The notes under the pieces were generated by a model that saw nothing but the letters and a program-made list of their open reading frames with translations, ran no database searches and was not told the DNA's origin. A DNA stretch of 64,000 nt, from contig OZ076409.1 in the NCBI GenBank assembly GCA_964187785.1, positions 3,722,001-3,786,000 of the forward strand. The letters are read 5' to 3'. This document shows, one piece after another, positions 58,889-64,000 of this stretch (its first letter is position 1; each line of letters begins with the position of its first letter). The translations under genes were made by a program, and so were the position numbers. This DNA comes from Amphiscolops sp. MND2022 (Eukaryota).

Positions 58889-60700
58889 TGTTGTTATTTG
58901 CTAATTAGTCACAAGTACCTGCTATTGTTTTATTATGTCAATAATGTAAACTTTACTCAGTAGCAATTGATAAGCAAGAAAATAAGTTTTGCAGAACAAC
59001 TGATTCTTGTACTAAACGGTTACAACATAGCGCAGTCAGTGTCAGATGAACTGACAGTTACCTTGAAATTAGTGGAAAATTTTCCTTCAATTAATTACTA
59101 AAGAATGGATGACACCAACACCAGCCCACCGCCAACGGGGGAACAGCCTAATCGGACGACCGGTCAATCAAGCAGCTGCCGGTTGATACACATTGAGATG
59201 ACAATGAGAACGGGGGATCGGGTAATTTGCACTCAAAAATTGACCACTCCCAGCTTAGAGGAACATAACAGCTCAGTGCGAATCTGTGGTGGCAAAAATT
59301 TGTCCGATAAATTAAACTGACAAAAGATATAGACCTGTCAAACATGACACACTCGAAAGAATCTGCCCCAAAACCACGAACAACTGGAACTGGATAACAA
59401 AGATACAGTCTTATGGGCACTCGGACAAAGTTAACTTACAGAAATCACGAAAACAGTAAGAGAACGAGAACACTAATGTTACTTTAATTATTTACCCTAT
59501 TCCAGTTACACTTCACACCGAAAAGACAAGCGCAACACAGCCGAGGTGACTTCGACATAAAGAGAGAAACCAAAGAAACAGCGGCAGATGCCTCAAAAAG
59601 AATTCTGAAAGTCAAAAAACAGCAAATTAGAAACTATGTACGGTTGCCTTAGCAACTATTTTGACCACATTGTTTTGAATCACAAAACGCAAAACCAAAC
59701 AGCGAACCGAAGCCTTCCGAAACGCGTGAACAAATTGCCCTTGCTTGGCTTAATCAAACTCCACAAAGCAGCATAAACTCTACAACACCACAATGCAAAT
59801 TAAACATGGATGCAAGAACCAATGACAATTTGGAAATCGCTGATCCTTCTGTAGAAACAAGAAACTTAATCGCCCGCTGGAGGGACATTGTTAAACCGGG
59901 CATGTATCGACAAAACGGTGGTCGTTGGAAAAATACCACGAACCGAAGTTTCTTTGTATCGAAAGAAAAAAAAATCGAGGAGCAGCTACAACAAACCATC
60001 TTAGACATTGAAAATGGACATCAACACCAGTCCCAAGGTTTCCAACCACAAGAAAGCAGGAACGAACAATGGACGGTGGACACATTTTGGGAAGTAGACC
60101 GTCCACAATGCCAACAAATACCACACGAAGACCAACCCGGGTCCTCATCACAAGATAATGAATAGACATACCAAGGGTATATGTCAATGAGGAGGGAGAA
60201 GTAGAATCGGATACCGATCAAGACCCATCCACATGGAAGTCCCGGGGTCAATTGGGCGGAATACCTTGGCGTCAAAATCTTCCAATACATAAAGATATGT
60301 CTTGCACCCAATGTGAACGCAGAAGAGCCAAACGACTGAGATCAGGGCAATGCAGTGAGAGAAACGGAGAGAAACTTCTCTACAACTGCTAATGACCGAG
60401 ACATATAACGACCATAATCTCTTTAAAACTTTTGTCAAACGCCAGCAACAAGATAACATGCCGGAAAAGTACATGTACAAGAAAAACTCTTTACGAGATA
60501 TGGGCTAGTATTCTACGGAGACCGGATCAGAGTTCCCAAAAACTTACGAACAACAGTCATCAGCATCCTTCACAAAGGCCATCCACCCATGAACAAAATG
60601 TCAAAGGACGTAAGACGTTTCTGGTGGCCGAGAAACACAGAAGCCATCCAGAAAAAATGCGGCGGTGGAATCCCTGGCAAAATGTCCGATAAGAACATTA
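58889..60700 (+). mobile_element. Old, internally deleted Gypsy relic
   Basis: TGTTG...TACAACA LTR-like segment (58889-59027), then TAGCGCAGTC (degenerate Ser-type PBS); integrase zinc-finger remnant LHKGHPPMNKM...FWWP...IQKKC at ~60565-60670. Confidence 0.6.
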
Positions 60701-62010
60701 GAGTGAAGGGTTGGACTCCAAGACCTTCCTTGTTACAACCTGCTGCTAGTTCAATGGTGCGTGAGTGGCTGTGTTCCGAGACCGTCGTTGAACCTCATTG
60801 TATCTCTAATCGTGCGTGCTAGTTTGAACTGCAAGACAGTCGTCGTTGAGAAACAATTCCTTTCACTCCAAGACCGATAGAGAAGATTTGCGACGAGTTT
60901 TACTGACGATGTTATTTATATCACACCCAATCTTTACGGAAATCAAATCAATTTGCTGGAACCTTTGTTTATTGATTCGTTGCGTTATATGTCTCTCAAT
61001 ATTATTGGCGATATCCTCAGCTCTTATTATTGTGTTCATTCTAGTATTTGTGGTTGTGAAATTGTGTGCGTCTAATAATTAACGTATATATTTGATGTGT
61101 AAAACTCAGTTTTCAAACTGCTCTTTTCATCCTAGAAAAGACACTCAAAAACAGCTGAAGAGTTGCGACAGAAACCCCTGAAGAAGGCTAATATTCAAAG
61201 CGGTAAAGATCCCTGGTTTCGTTGTCACACTTACCTCCGACGTTTTCGATTGAGTTTATTCGTCTTTTCTTTCGAAGTTATTAAAAATGTTTGTAAATAC
61301 TCAGCCAGTCATTGTTTCGTGGATGGTACCTATGTGTTTAATTGAATTGTTTTGGAGCAATTCTCAACAAATTGTTAAAGCTACTGAAAACCAAAAAGTT
61401 TACACTTGAACATTCAGTTACTTTGATCTTTACAGAAGTTCTGTTCCATGAAATGGTGAGTTTCCGATCGAAGCGTTGGGTATAGTGAACAAAAATTGTT
61501 ACAGCTCTCAAAATTTTGGGCATATTGAAGTATATTGTCGAAGCATCAACAAAGTGTTGGTGCGCAATTGAATTTCGCATCTCTCACAACCCACCGTTGT
61601 TGGTTTTCAAGCATATTCTTTTTTGCTATCTTGGTTGTGTGGTCATGCGAATAAACGCGTTTGGCGGAAAAAAAACAACAAAGAAGAGAGAAACGGCGAA
61701 TAATCCGACCATGAAGGCCTTCCAAAAGTCACTTTGAACGCGCCGATTCAAGCCGATCATCTTTCACCAATTAGCTGTGACCACGATACGGTAGTTTATA
61801 ATGGTGAATATCCGGAAAAGATTTTAGAAAAGTATAACAGCTTTTTCGGCCTCCCAGCCGCGGATTATGGGGATTAAAACCCCCTTCCTTGTTCTCAATT
61901 GTCGACTGTTTCCAGCATATGTGTTAACATTTTTAAATGTTTTTGTTGGATTGAGTATTTAGACCGTTCAACATCAAAACAAATATGCTTTCAATTTTCC
62001 TTGTTCGAGT

Positions 62011-62085
62011 AAAATTAATGACTTACCTTCAATATTTTTCAAAACAATTTTCTCATTCTATAGTGATGACAGCACAAAAGTTCAC
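62011..62085 (+). pseudogene. Possible LINE RT fragment
   Basis: Translates to KINDLPSIFFKTIFSFYSDDSTKV, resembling the INDLP...YADD.K motif; very short. Confidence 0.25.
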
Positions 62086-64000
62086 ACAATTAGCAATTTT
62101 TTCAGCAATATTTTCAATTCCTCCAAAAAGTTTTCACACATTCCAGTTTCATTTCGAACTTTGAAGCTGTTTGAAGACTCAGCAATGACATCGAATACAG
62201 AAAACGATATCTTTCAAGTATTTTTTAATTAGAATCCAGCTTTCAAGATGAAGGTTGTTTGACAAAATACTGATATCTATTTTCGAGTTACAACTTTGAA
62301 ATATTGTCAAATTGTACAAACTTAAAGTTGTAGATTTGTGAATGGCAATAACCTGCGTAAAATAAAAACACAACGTTGGATCCTTGAAACAATGGAAAAA
62401 CAGTAACTCTGTTGCAAATTTTGCTATTTACAAGACCCCATGCATTCCAGAGTTGCGAAAACAATCTTATTTTGTTATTAACAACTGACTCAATAAATCT
62501 AGCAACAACGTGGGAGAAATTTTGATTGAAAACGCTGAAATTTTGTTTGCTTTCTCTCTGGTCGTCATGTAAATTGGAAAATCAGAATTGACTTTTTCGA
62601 TTTTTGGATTGTGACTTATGTTGGGAGAATTCAAGAAACGAGGAAAGAAAAATCGATAATTGAAAATACTTTGTCTGCCAAAGGATCTCAAATCCTACGT
62701 GTTAAATCTTAATAAGAAGTTTTTGTGGAACCTGTTTTTGACAAAAAGTACTTTTTCCTGGGTTTTTCCAGAACTATCGATTAAAATTTGGCAAATGCTA
62801 GTTTAGCCAGGGTTATAACTAACTTGGTTAGCATAATCTAGAATTGATAAATAGATAATGTGACGTTATAAAGTAATTTGCGACAACTCGTGCTCTGATT
62901 GCGACCGAGGGAAAATTTTTTGCCAGCAGCGGTGTCAGTGGATTGCGCTATCGAAGAGATTGTAAGGCTGTAAGCGGAGATGTTGCGACATTTTTGCCAA
63001 TGGTCGCTGACGTTGGGAGAGAATATTGCGCAATATATCTTTCTCAGACGGAAGAAGGTTATCAGAATAATTAAAAATTCACCCATTGCAAAGAACTTAG
63101 CAAAAAGCTGCTTGGTGAGAATTGATAAGAAGTTGCCGGAATTTCCCGCGGCTAGAGAATGACAAGGATCATTATCTCACCTACATAAAGCATGGGGATT
63201 TGCGCGGGAAAATAAAGCAAGAGTTCACATTTTTCCTGTTTTCCGCTCTAGAGCTTCGCTCCCTGAAGTTTAATTAGTGAGATTCAATTGAGAAATTCAA
63301 ACCCCCTCCTAGCTTGCTCTATTGATTCTGTGAATTGAATGAGATTCTAAATAACATTAAGCACGCATAGATTACAAAATGAGAAGACAAAAAACTTTGT
63401 AATCTAGGCGTGGTTAATTTCAATTAGACAAAGGTACTAGTACATGAAAAACAATGGCACGGTATAACGCTTCCGCTTTTTGGAGAAAGCAAACGCATTA
63501 ATGTCATATGGCGAAAATTGAGACTACATTTCAAGTCAAAAAGTTCGATTGTTAAAAGAATGGATTTCGATTTCGATTTAAAAAACATATAGCCCATTAA
63601 TGCGTTTTACTAATTTAATTTGGGACTGATATAATCAAGTGAAAGTGAACATTGCAGTTTAACTAGAGTGAATAAAGAATAAAGAAATAAATCCTGCAAA
63701 ATTATAAAGAGAAGATAAAATATTCAACATTTTTAGATTTCACTCAAATCTTTTTACGAAGTATTTGCTATATTTCGGCTAAACTAATTTCGGCTAAGTG
63801 ATCATAATTAGTTAACTAATTAGTTTAGGAGGTTTTCATTTTCATACATTTCTCAATTCAAATGAGCTAATTTTTACACCAGTGTTGATACGTTTTGGCG
63901 TCTTCATGAATTATTATCAATAATTAAAGCTGTTTCATTCATTACTAACTATTTTTACTGAAATAATAATTCAACCGAATTAGAAGTAACTAGCCAAAAT

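Noticed and set aside
60700..64000. Short ORFs in the AT-rich right end
   Set aside because: No supportable product apart from one very weak RT-like peptide.

Overview
Eukaryotic, animal-like DNA (about 40% GC) made almost entirely of nested transposable elements. No rRNA, tRNA or CRISPR was seen. From left to right: (1) two related CR1/L2-type LINEs head-to-head (389-4380 minus, intact; 5065-9063 plus, frameshifted); in both, ORF1 and ORF2 are in frame, separated only by one UGA and a ~30-aa 2A (DIExNPG/P) peptide; (2) MITE-like and solo-LTR pieces; (3) a degenerate BEL/Pao-like LTR element (10867-20283); (4) a broken PAN/C-type-lectin host gene; (5) a young 16.6-kb Ty3/Gypsy element (23007-39621; 2,343-bp LTRs, CTGGG TSD); (6) a Copia element with non-canonical TT...TA LTR ends; (7) a second, decayed Gypsy element, plus hAT and Gypsy relics. 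The most unusual system is the 16.6-kb Gypsy. Its gag starts inside the LTR. Between pol and the 3' LTR it carries a divergent gene pair: a sense ORF running into the LTR, and an antisense 7-exon gene (~1,100 aa, six phase-compatible GT-AG introns) that resembles a catalytically degenerate hAT transposase. Family assignments come from recognising motifs by eye, not from database searches.
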